Assembly: GCA_046754105.1 (NCBI GenBank)
Contig: JBHHVD010000036.1
Location: 1 to 29,863, forward strand
Source: Candidatus Krumholzibacteriia bacterium
GTDB lineage: Bacteria > Krumholzibacteriota > Krumholzibacteriia > WVZY01
Length of the DNA: 29,863 nt
Reading direction: 5' to 3'
Below, in pieces: positions 1-7,758 of the stretch. The notes beneath the pieces are model-generated. The model worked only from the letters and a program-made list of their open reading frames with translations. It did not search any database and was not told the origin of the DNA. A program made the translations under genes and the position numbers. How positions within the stretch are numbered: position 1 is the first letter of the stretch; each line of letters begins with the position of its first letter.

Positions 1-286
1 GGCCCTGCGGCAACAAAAAGCTGATGACGCGGTAGGGCAAGGCGGGCAACCCCGCGTCGGCGAGCCGATCGAAGCGGTCGCGATCGACATTGCGCGACAA
101 CGCACCGGCGCTCTCCACGATGACCCCGACGCGGGAAGATTCGGCGGTGGGCACGACGACGACGCGCTCCCGGGGCAACCGGACCGTGTGAACCAGGTCG
201 GCCGCCAGCGTCACGCGAGCGGCAAGGAGAAGCGCCAGAGCGGCCAGGCACAGACCGGCCGAATTCGATGTGAGGTTGCGGGACAT
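1..286 (-). CDS. 5' part (runs off window) of a secreted protein, probable C25 (gingipain-like) peptidase with N-terminal propeptide
   Basis: Not in the ORF track; read manually. ATG at 286 preceded by GAGGAG. Translation MSRNLTSNSAGLCLAALALLLAARVTLAADLVHTVRLP...DAGLPALPYRVISFLLPQG shows a signal peptide and the G-x-P-x-LP...LLP-x-G pattern typical of the C25 propeptide. Confidence 0.6.
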   Translation of the reverse strand, partial: MSRNLTSNSAGLCLAALALLLAARVTLAADLVHTVRLPRERVVVVPTAESSRVGVIVESAGALSRNVDRDRFDRLADAGLPALPYRVISFLLPQG

Positions 287-465
287 GGGCTCCTCGTTTC
301 GAGAAATGACGATGCCGGCGACACGTTTGCCATGCGCAAACCTGCGTCGCTAGACGTTGCCGGAACGAATGTGGTCGTTACTAAACTACAGAGCCGTAGC
401 AGTGAGTCGCAGAAACTCCTTGAATACGTGGGAACATCGGGGGGCTTTGCCCCAAATGCGCGAGC

Positions 466-494
466 AGTATAGACGATTCGACGGCGAAAGTCAA
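466..494 (-). promoter_or_regulatory. sigma70-type promoter for the gene starting at 286
   Basis: Minus strand TTGACT-N17-TATACT (-35 at 494-489, -10 at 471-466). Confidence 0.65.
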
Positions 495-550
495 GACTGC
501 CCGAACACCGGTTCTACTCTTTTCGTTCGGGACACGATATGCTGGAATCC

Positions 551-1342
551 TCAGCCGCAGCCGCAGTCTCCGCCCGTTGCGCAAGAGGCCGCATCCGGAC
601 ACGTCGGGCTACCGCAAAGCATCTTCACCAGCGTTATGCAGATGCGGTCCGCCGCTTCGTACAGATCTTCATAGGTTTTCCCCTCGACGACCACCCGTCC
701 TTTGTCTACGACCGTTACTCCGGTCTTCGTCGCACCGCTCTTCGGCCCCTTGATCTGGATAATCGGCGTTCTGGTGGTGCCATCCTCGAGCGCCTGAATC
801 TGTGCACCTTTCAGGACGGACCGTTCCATTTTCCCTCCGGGCTTCGTGTAGGCTACGCCTGCGAACTTTCGCCGGTTCGCAATTTGGATATACTGGGAAA
901 TGTCCATGACGGCAGGCATTACCTCGTTTTCCTCGTCCGGATTAATGAGCAACGTCGCATGGAGTACCTCCCGTCCCACGATTCCGTAGAGGAGCGCCGT
1001 GTTCCGCGCCAGTTCGTCTCCGCCGGATGCCTCGAGTGGTACGTGCTGGGCCGCTATCGGCGAAGTCTTGAAGGGCAGCCGCGTGCCTTTCACCTGGAGG
1101 TAGTAGCTGTCCTTCATCCTGTCGTAGCTAACGGTTCCCATCATCTTGCCCAGGTTGAGCGGCCCAATGACCGCAACGTCTTCTTCCGGATCTTCCTCGT
1201 CCAGCGCGCCCAGGTTCTGCTGGTTCAGTTTCTCGACGGTTGTCGTCCTGTCCGCAAGCCCGTCCGCAAGCCACGTCCAGGCAACCACGAGGACAAGCAC
1301 GGGAAAAACGACTGCTAGGACTTTGGTCCACTTCTTGTTCAT
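551..1342 (-). CDS. Membrane-anchored/secreted hypothetical protein with a C-terminal Cys-rich (metallothionein-like) tail
   Basis: 263 aa with an N-terminal hydrophobic helix and an acidic patch (DEEDPEED). Ends ...RICITLVKMLCGSPTCPDAASCATGGDCGCG. ATGA overlap with the upstream ABC ATPase; GGAG RBS. Confidence 0.85.
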   Translation of the reverse strand: MNKKWTKVLAVVFPVLVLVVAWTWLADGLADRTTTVEKLNQQNLGALDEEDPEEDVAVIGPLNLGKMMGTVSYDRMKDSYYLQVKGTRLPFKTSPIAAQHVPLEASGGDELARNTALLYGIVGREVLHATLLINPDEENEVMPAVMDISQYIQIANRRKFAGVAYTKPGGKMERSVLKGAQIQALEDGTTRTPIIQIKGPKSGATKTGVTVVDKGRVVVEGKTYEDLYEAADRICITLVKMLCGSPTCPDAASCATGGDCGCG

Positions 1343-1986
1343 GATTCTCCTCCATTTACGAGCCGTATCTTCCGTTCAGCGAAACGGGCCATTTCGGAAT
1401 CATGTGTGACAAGGAGCACGGTCACGCCCTTCGCGTTGAGTTCCTTGAGGTGCCACATTACCTCGCTTCCGTTGCTCCGATCGAGGTTGCCCGTCGGCTC
1501 ATCTGCAAATATGACCCGTGGGGCATTGGCTGTCGCCCTGGCGACAGCGACCCTTTGCTGTTCTCCCACGCTGAGTTGCGACGGAAAACGATCCGCCTTG
1601 TCCGCCAGGCCGAACCTGGCCAGCAGTTCCGCGGCCATGTACGCCTGTACTGCCGATGACACGCCGGTCAGATAAAGTGGCACCTCGACATTCTCGACGA
1701 CCGTCAGGTACGGTATGAGATTGAAGGTCTGAAAAACGAAACCAAAATTATTCCTCCGGTACGACACGCGATCATGATGGTCCAACTCGTAGAGGGCGCT
1801 GTTACAGTGGATCACCTCTCCGCTCGTCGGGGTCAACAGTCCGGCAACGAGGTTCAGCAAGGTGGTCTTGCCACTCCCACTGGGACCGATGATCGCGACG
1901 AACTCGCCCTGTTCGATCTGAAAGCTCATGTCTTGCACCGGCGTTACCCCGTTGTAAGACTTCGTCACGCCGCTTACCTCGATCAT
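1339..1986 (-). CDS. ABC transporter ATP-binding protein (LolD/MacB-like)
   Basis: Walker A GPSGSGKT, Q-loop FVFQTFNL, signature variant LSVGEQQR, Walker B IFADEPTGNLD, H-switch VTHD. Confidence 0.95.
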   Translation of the reverse strand: MIEVSGVTKSYNGVTPVQDMSFQIEQGEFVAIIGPSGSGKTTLLNLVAGLLTPTSGEVIHCNSALYELDHHDRVSYRRNNFGFVFQTFNLIPYLTVVENVEVPLYLTGVSSAVQAYMAAELLARFGLADKADRFPSQLSVGEQQRVAVARATANAPRVIFADEPTGNLDRSNGSEVMWHLKELNAKGVTVLLVTHDSEMARFAERKIRLVNGGES

Positions 1987-1993
1987 TGCTCGC

Positions 1994-3145
1994 CTACACC
2001 TCCCTCAAGGCCTCTACCGGGTCGAGAGCAGATATTCGCCGGGCGGGGATGATGCTCGAGATGGCGCCAAGGCCGATGGCGACGCCAAGGGCGGTCGGCA
2101 GCAGTGTATAGACCGGCAAAACCTTCGCGCCGGCGATCACGGGCCCAAGGATGGCGGAAATGGCGCTCCCGGCAACATAGCCCAGGATTCCGCCCACCGC
2201 GGCAAACACAAGCACCTTCGAGACAAAAACTCTCTGCACGGTCCTTGGATCCATTCCCATCGCGAGCAACATTCCTATCTCGCGCCTTCGCGCGTCTACC
2301 GAAGCTGACATGTAATTTATGAGGATAAACGCGCACAAACCCAGCACCACGACATAGGTTGTGATAGCAAATCGAGTTATCTTCTTGAGCGTGCCCATTT
2401 GCGCTTCGGCAATCTGTCTGACGGCCAGCGTACTGGCGTCGGCCGGTAGTATCCGGCCGATTTCCTTTGTGACGTCGTAGACGTTCATCGCCTTGCAGGC
2501 GATGCAGCTCGTCGACACCTCAATCAGGTTCACCATCCCTTTCTTCCGGCTAATCCTCTGCAACTCGGCGAGGGGGACGAAGGCCAAAAAATCATCCGGG
2601 GAACCCGTCTCATCCAGGACCCCGGATACCGTAAAGACCTCCTCACCCAGCGTTATTTCGGAAACGTCGGCGTCCAGGCGAGCGGCGGCATGGTGGCCGA
2701 GCAAAATCTGTTTGTTCTCCGGAAACTCACTTGTTACCAGCCGGCTTTCGATCATCCACCACGGCTTGGCCTTGCTCTCATCGGGCGTGATACCGGCAAC
2801 GAGAAGACTTCGCTCTCCAACCTCGAACCGGTCGTATAGTTTGGGAGAAACCGCTACCAGCATCTTTTTGTGTTTGATGGCGCGTATCTCGTTGACGTAC
2901 GAGCTCGGCAGAAGCACTTCGCTGCTGACCGTTCCCGAATACAGATCGAGGGGCTCCCCTTTTGGCTGAACGATTATGTTCGCGCCGAATCGCAAGAGCT
3001 GCTCTTTGCTCCTGTCGTGCAGCGCTTTGTTGATAGTTTGGGAGGCAACAAAGATACTCACTCCCAGCAGAATGAATACCGCGCCAGTTATTGATTGCCT
3101 CGTTCTTCGAAAGCTTTCCTTGGCAACGAAATCGATCGTGCGCAT
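1994..3145 (-). CDS. MacB/FtsX-like ABC permease with periplasmic CxxC
   Basis: N-terminal TM helix, large periplasmic domain containing IEVSTSCIACK, RRREIGMLLAMG motif, three C-terminal TMs, ends PARRISALDPVEALRE. Confidence 0.92.
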   Translation of the reverse strand: MRTIDFVAKESFRRTRQSITGAVFILLGVSIFVASQTINKALHDRSKEQLLRFGANIIVQPKGEPLDLYSGTVSSEVLLPSSYVNEIRAIKHKKMLVAVSPKLYDRFEVGERSLLVAGITPDESKAKPWWMIESRLVTSEFPENKQILLGHHAAARLDADVSEITLGEEVFTVSGVLDETGSPDDFLAFVPLAELQRISRKKGMVNLIEVSTSCIACKAMNVYDVTKEIGRILPADASTLAVRQIAEAQMGTLKKITRFAITTYVVVLGLCAFILINYMSASVDARRREIGMLLAMGMDPRTVQRVFVSKVLVFAAVGGILGYVAGSAISAILGPVIAGAKVLPVYTLLPTALGVAIGLGAISSIIPARRISALDPVEALREV

Positions 3146-3155
3146 TCCTCTCCCT

Positions 3156-4016
3156 CTACCCGTTAACCAGTTGGGTCCGGCGGAGCCGCTGGATCGCCCT
3201 GTCTTTGATTTGCCGCACTCGCTCGCCTGATATGTTCAGCTTCTCGCCGATCGCGTCGAGCGTCATCGGCCCTTCTCCATTGAACCCAAAAAAGAGCACG
3301 AAGATGATTCTCTCGCGCTCGGGTAGTTTGTCGAGCGTTTCTCTTATGTCATCGCTCATCGCGCTTTCGAGAGCCTGCGCGTCCGGTGGGACCGTACTTT
3401 CATCTATCAGTTGGTCGATCCACGATCCGTTGTCAGGATCGTCCGTCAACGGCTCGTCCAGCGAGACGTAGTTACGGCTTCTATACATGGAGTTTCGCAC
3501 TTCCGCCTCCGGAATGTGGAGCCGGCTGGCAATCTCCAGGGCGCTTGGGGGCCGGCCCAATTCCTGATCGAGTTCTCGCGATGCTTTCCCGATTCTATGG
3601 AATGTGCGATAACGGTTGATCGGGAACCTCACGATGCTCGAGTGGTCCGCCAGGGCCTGGAGCATCGCCTGCCGTATCCACCAGATTGCGTACGATATGA
3701 ACTTGACGCCCCGTGACTCATCAAAACGGTGCGCGGCTTTTATGAGTCCGACGTTTCCCTCGTTGATGAGGTCTTGCAACGGCAATCCGTTCCTGGCGTA
3801 CCGTTTGGCGACCATGACCACGAAACGCAGGTTCGCTTTGACCAGGCGGTCGAGTGCATTCTTGTCGCCGCCTCGTATGCTTTTGGCCAACGCCTGCTCT
3901 TGTTCGCGGGTGAGAAGCGGCGTCCTGTTGATTTCACGCAGGTAGATATCAAGGCTGCGATTTCCTTCGCAGCTCTTGAGCTTCCCGTTCACGGCATTTT
4001 CGTTTTCATGGATCAT
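3156..4016 (-). CDS. RNA polymerase sigma70 factor, RpoD/SigA-like lacking region 1.1 (probable alternative paralog)
   Basis: Region 1.2 SLDIYLREI..PLLT; region 2 NLRFVV..AKRY, DLINEGNVGLIKAAHRFD, ISYAIWWIRQ; region 4.2 TLDAIGEKLNISGERVRQI. ATG 4016 preferred over TTG 4031. Confidence 0.93.
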   Translation of the reverse strand: MIHENENAVNGKLKSCEGNRSLDIYLREINRTPLLTREQEQALAKSIRGGDKNALDRLVKANLRFVVMVAKRYARNGLPLQDLINEGNVGLIKAAHRFDESRGVKFISYAIWWIRQAMLQALADHSSIVRFPINRYRTFHRIGKASRELDQELGRPPSALEIASRLHIPEAEVRNSMYRSRNYVSLDEPLTDDPDNGSWIDQLIDESTVPPDAQALESAMSDDIRETLDKLPERERIIFVLFFGFNGEGPMTLDAIGEKLNISGERVRQIKDRAIQRLRRTQLVNG

Positions 4017-4027
4017 GATTCCCCGCC

Positions 4028-5371
4028 TCAAGAAATTTCTTCGGTTAAGAACTGTGCCGGCCTGTGATTACTGGGAGCCGCCAACCATCCACAAAGCCTG
4101 TCTACGGCCTCAACGGTTCGGCCGCAATAGGTTTGAACGAAATTGATATCAAGATCTCGATCCGTGGGTATTCCGCCCGAGGCCGCGAGCGCTTCGGCAC
4201 CGTCGAAGTCGACGTATGCCAAGCGCGCCGTGAATTCTTCCGGCGGACGGCCGAAATCCGATCCCGGGAGAAGGGCCACGCCCGTCTCCTCAAACAACCT
4301 GGAACACATCTGGGCGCTGGTTGTGATTCCCGCGAAGTGAAACCTCTCGCGAAACGCTGAAAAGTCGGGGAAGAGGTAGAAGCCGCCTTGAGGTGGCAGC
4401 ACTCTCACGCCCGCGCGCAGGAGAAGCTCCGCTAGAAACCCGCCCAGAGCTTTTAGAATCCGTCTGGAATGTTCGAGATAAAGCTCGATTTCCGGTCCCT
4501 CTTCAAACGCGCGGATGGCGGCGTACTGGATGGGAGCGCTGGTTGCAGTGAACGTCTCCGTGCCCACGGCGGCCATCGCGTCCAGCAACCAGTGCAGCTT
4601 CTTGGGAAACACAAACACACCCAGACGCCAGCCACCCGCTCCACACCATTTACTCAGCCCACCGCTGAAAATGGAATCCTCCGGACAAAGATGGACGATG
4701 GACTCGTGTGTTCCGTCATGGTGCAGCTTGCCGTAGATTTCGTCCGAGAGAATGATGACTTTGTTTTCCGCGGCCACCGTCGCAAGGTCCACAAGCTGTT
4801 CGTGCGAGAAGGTTCGCCCGGTGGGATTGGACGGGTAATTCAGCACCAGGATGCGCGGTCGCCCGCGGTCTCGGCTGCAGAATTCTTCCAGCTGTTCGGC
4901 GGTGGGTAGCCAATCTGTTTCTCTCGATGTCGGCAGCGTAAAGATGTGGCGCCCGATAACCTCCGCTTGCGGCGCGTACGATACCCACGATGGCGTGGGA
5001 ATGACAAGATCGCCGTAGTAGCACATCTGCATGAGAAACATCAGCAGCTTCGAACCGGGTCCGATGAGGACGTCCTCGACGTTGCACTCGATGCCGTATG
5101 TCCGGCGATGGTGGGCGGCGACGGCCTCGCGCAACTCAACGAGTCCTTTCACCGGCAGATAATCCTTCTGGCCGGCGTTGTCGCGAAGCGCGGACACGAC
5201 GGGCTCCGGAACCGGAAAGGGGGATTGCCCGAGACCGAGCTTGAAGACATCGTACCCCCAACCCTGCAGCTCGTTGCCGCGGTCGTTGATCGACAGGGTC
5301 GACGACGGCTCGAGGCCGCGCACGTTCAGGTTGAGCTGGATGTGATCGATATCAAGGTTGCCTTTGCTCAT
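4028..5371 (-). CDS. PLP-dependent aminotransferase class I/II (aspartate aminotransferase-like)
   Basis: NYPSNPTG, SDEIY, PLP-Lys motif GLSKWCGAGGWRLG, PGSDFG. Start reassigned to ATG 5371 (AGGAGG RBS; MSKGNLDIDHIQLNLNVRGL...). Confidence 0.92.
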   Translation of the reverse strand: MSKGNLDIDHIQLNLNVRGLEPSSTLSINDRGNELQGWGYDVFKLGLGQSPFPVPEPVVSALRDNAGQKDYLPVKGLVELREAVAAHHRRTYGIECNVEDVLIGPGSKLLMFLMQMCYYGDLVIPTPSWVSYAPQAEVIGRHIFTLPTSRETDWLPTAEQLEEFCSRDRGRPRILVLNYPSNPTGRTFSHEQLVDLATVAAENKVIILSDEIYGKLHHDGTHESIVHLCPEDSIFSGGLSKWCGAGGWRLGVFVFPKKLHWLLDAMAAVGTETFTATSAPIQYAAIRAFEEGPEIELYLEHSRRILKALGGFLAELLLRAGVRVLPPQGGFYLFPDFSAFRERFHFAGITTSAQMCSRLFEETGVALLPGSDFGRPPEEFTARLAYVDFDGAEALAASGGIPTDRDLDINFVQTYCGRTVEAVDRLCGWLAAPSNHRPAQFLTEEIS

Positions 5372-5395
5372 GTCAATCCTCCTGCGGGGGATAAG

Positions 5396-5410
5396 GCATA
5401 TTCGATGCCA
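5396..5410 (-). promoter_or_regulatory. sigma54 (-24/-12) promoter of the aminotransferase-sigma-ABC operon
   Basis: Minus strand TGGCATCGAATATGC (GG-N10-GC), ending 25 bp upstream of ATG 5371. Confidence 0.8.
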
Positions 5411-5506
5411 CCGGGTGCGGGCCATGCGGCAACCTGATAACTCGTGGAAAATACTTACGTTATGTGCTGAGGGATCGACCCGCGTGCCTACCGGCCCGCC
5501 CAGAAT

Positions 5507-5542
5507 CGGAGAATATTGCACAGTTATGTAGAATATTATACA
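5507..5542. promoter_or_regulatory. Tandem palindromic operator pair (putative bEBP upstream activator sequence) #1
   Basis: CGGAGAATATTGCACA (5507-5522, 12/16) and TGTAGAATATTATACA (5527-5542, 15/16 match to TGTAGAATATTCTACA). Confidence 0.8.
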
Positions 5543-5632
5543 GAGCCTCGGAGGGGGTCACGACATTTGGGGGTGCGGCAAGGGGGGCCCGGGAACGATC
5601 CCGGCGGTTGCGCGGAATTGTCGGGGAGGGGA

Positions 5633-6289
5633 CTAGCGGGCGCCGCCAACGCTGACCGACACACCTGCGCGGACGAGGATATATCCCATTTTCTCGTCGA
5701 CGGCGACACCGTTGATGTCGTCCATGTGCGCGAGAACGTATTGTCCTTCGGTGAAAAGATCGGCCCTTTTCGTAATGGGAATATCGACCCCGGCACCCAC
5801 GTTTACCCCAAGAACGTTTTGGGGGTCGTAGTCGACCCTCGTCCGGCCACCGTCGTGCAGGATCGTGGTCTCGTCGATGTCCAGTCTGAAATAGCCAATC
5901 CCCCCGAGTACGTACGGCCGGAAGAAGCTTCGTACGCTGGCGGGCAGGACGCGCGCGCGCAACCCGGTCCAGAGATACAATGTCGAAAGGCTCCCACGGT
6001 CAACGGAGGTTACATTCGTGAATCCCGGGAACAAACCACCGGCCTTGTCGCTGTCCAGGCCGAAGTAGTTGTAGTCGAAGTTCCCGATGACGGTAACCCG
6101 GGTGTTCAACGAATAGCCGAATCCCAACCCGGCTCCCAGACCCGTCTTCCAAAAATCCTTGAACGGCTCGGGTGTCACGTGGCTTCCCACGGCCCCGGTC
6201 AGGAAGACAACTTGCCGGGACCCGGTCTCGGCGGCTGCCCCATGGGCGGTCGCCAGCAAGACGAGAAGTATGACGAGCGCGGATCGCAT
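5633..6289 (-). CDS. Outer membrane beta-barrel protein (OmpA/OmpW-like 8-strand family)
   Basis: Signal peptide MRSALVILLVLLATAHGAAA; alternating beta-strand motifs GLGAGLGFGY, RPYVLGGIGY, GVNVGAGVD, LFTEGQY, VRAGVSV. Start reassigned to ATG 6289. Confidence 0.85.
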   Translation of the reverse strand: MRSALVILLVLLATAHGAAAETGSRQVVFLTGAVGSHVTPEPFKDFWKTGLGAGLGFGYSLNTRVTVIGNFDYNYFGLDSDKAGGLFPGFTNVTSVDRGSLSTLYLWTGLRARVLPASVRSFFRPYVLGGIGYFRLDIDETTILHDGGRTRVDYDPQNVLGVNVGAGVDIPITKRADLFTEGQYVLAHMDDINGVAVDEKMGYILVRAGVSVSVGGAR

Positions 6290-6305
6290 GATGACGATCT
6301 CCAAG

Positions 6306-6320
6306 GCATATACGGTGCCA
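6306..6320 (-). promoter_or_regulatory. sigma54 (-24/-12) promoter of the beta-barrel gene
   Basis: Minus strand TGGCACCGTATATGC (GG-N10-GC). The surrounding 20-mer is 18/20 identical to that of the 5396-5410 promoter. Confidence 0.8.
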
Positions 6321-6415
6321 CCCGCGCGCCGGGTAGCATATTGATCCAACTTCCTCTTATTTTGTTAGATATGACGACGGCCCGTGACCGGCCTCGCCTC
6401 GACGGGTTCGAGAAT

Positions 6416-6452
6416 TGGAGAATATTATCCATACGATGCGGAATAGTCTACA
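6416..6452. promoter_or_regulatory. Tandem palindromic operator pair (putative UAS) #2
   Basis: TGGAGAATATTATCCA (6416-6431, 13/16) and TGCGGAATAGTCTACA (6437-6452, 13/16); 21-bp period. Confidence 0.78.
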
Positions 6453-6468
6453 GCGTCCTCGCGGCGCG

Positions 6469-7230
6469 TCAGGCTTCGTCCGCCCGCGGGCACAGGGCAC
6501 AGCCCGCCGGAACTTTCGCCGGCGCGATCCCCATGCGGCTGCTCGCGCTTGCCGCGATGCACGCCAGCGCATCCGCGGGAGAATCCGTCAGGTAGAGCCG
6601 TGTGACGTCCTCGGGACTGATCGTCCCGGCCCTGTTCAACAGCGTATCGGTGATGAATCCACGAAGCGGCCGCCAGTACTGGGTGCCCATGAGTACGATC
6701 GGAAAATCTTCGATCTTGCCCGTTTGAATGAGCGTCGCGGTTTCGAAAAGTTCATCGAGCGTGCCGAACCCCCCGGGCATCACCACAAACGCGTGCGAGT
6801 ACCGCACGAGCATTACTTTTCGTACGAAGAAATAGTGAAAATCTATCCACAGGTCGAGATAGGGGTTGGGCTCTTGCTCTTCCGGCAGCTTGATGTTGCA
6901 CCCGACGGAGAGGCCGCCCCCATCTTTGGCCCCGCGGTTGGCCGCTTCCATGATCCCGGGGCCGCCGCCGGTTATGACCGTGGCCCCGGACCGGGCCAGC
7001 TCCCTGCCCATCTCCATCGCCAGCTGGTAGTAGGGGTTGTCCTCTTCGAAACGAGCGGATCCGAAGACCGTCACACTCGCCCCCACCTTGCGCAGCTGCC
7101 GGTACCCGTAAAAGAACTCCTTGAAGATGCGAATGGCACTGGTCCAATCGCGCAAGCGTGTGATCGGACCAGACAGAAAGTCCCGTTCGATAATTGTGCC
7201 GGCGGTTTTTCCCCATTCCCTTTGTGGCAT
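6469..7230 (-). CDS. LOG family (TIGR00730-type Rossmann fold) nucleotide phosphoribohydrolase
   Basis: VTVFGSAR, TGGGPGIMEAANRGA, YFFVRKVML, PGGFGTLDE motifs. Start reassigned to ATG 7230 (GGAG RBS). Confidence 0.92.
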   Translation of the reverse strand: MPQREWGKTAGTIIERDFLSGPITRLRDWTSAIRIFKEFFYGYRQLRKVGASVTVFGSARFEEDNPYYQLAMEMGRELARSGATVITGGGPGIMEAANRGAKDGGGLSVGCNIKLPEEQEPNPYLDLWIDFHYFFVRKVMLVRYSHAFVVMPGGFGTLDELFETATLIQTGKIEDFPIVLMGTQYWRPLRGFITDTLLNRAGTISPEDVTRLYLTDSPADALACIAASASSRMGIAPAKVPAGCALCPRADEA

Positions 7231-7536
7231 GTTCTTCTCCCGGTCATTACGGAGGCGACTCGACAAATATAGGACGCTCCCGCAAACGTCACAAGCGCGA
7301 AGGCCCGGCCCGCTTGGGTATCGCTTCCGCGCGGGCGTCGAGCCACGGGCTGGACGATCCGGCACGCCTCGTCTATAATGCTCCCCCCGGTCGCTTGAAG
7401 CCGTCGACCCAGGGCCCACACCGAAGCCATCACCTTCGAGATCAACGGCGGACCGGGACCCCAACGTGCCGCCGGACAGGTGTCCTGCACGGAAGCAGAA
7501 ACCCCGCGCATGACGGAAACTCTCAGTTGTAGAAAT

Positions 7537-7573
7537 TGTACAGTATTCTACACGGCCTGCAGAATATTCTTCA
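7537..7573. promoter_or_regulatory. Tandem palindromic operator pair (putative UAS) #3
   Basis: TGTACAGTATTCTACA (7537-7552, 14/16) and TGCAGAATATTCTTCA (7558-7573, 14/16); 21-bp period; an extra TGTAGAA half-site starts at 7528. Confidence 0.82.
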
Positions 7574-7669
7574 CGAAGATGGGGGACGGCGTGCGAAAGA
7601 CATCACGCGATGAACGATAAGTAACATGGTATTAACACATTATCTAAATGGCCTTGCCCAAACGGGTCG

Positions 7670-7684
7670 TGGCACCCGAATTGC
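7670..7684 (+). promoter_or_regulatory. sigma54 (-24/-12) promoter of the cusCBA operon
   Basis: TGGCACCCGAATTGC is a perfect TGGCAC-N5-TTGC, 75 bp upstream of ATG 7759. Confidence 0.85.
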
Positions 7685-7758
7685 GATATGGAGCCGGCAA
7701 GAACCGACGCTATCCGTTGCCACGCCCGTCCACTCTTTTCGCACGCTGAGGTATTGAG

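Noticed and set aside
491..553. Selenocysteine read-through of the TGA after ...DCGCG (would give CGCGU), with downstream hairpin CCCGAAC/GTTCGGG at 500-531
   Set aside because: The hairpin has an ~18-nt loop, unlike a bacterial SECIS, and the read-through peptide is featureless and runs into the next promoter. Would be revived only if homologs show Cys at the TGA.
5553..5604. G-run cluster (possible G-quadruplex) and hairpin CCGGGA-ACGA-TCCCGG downstream of the beta-barrel gene
   Set aside because: Loops are long, G-runs are expected at this GC content, and there is no U-tract to call an intrinsic terminator.
7709..7722. Second sigma54-like element on the minus strand (TGGCAACGGATAGC) that could drive the LOG gene
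   Set aside because: GG-GC spacing is 9, not the obligatory 10.
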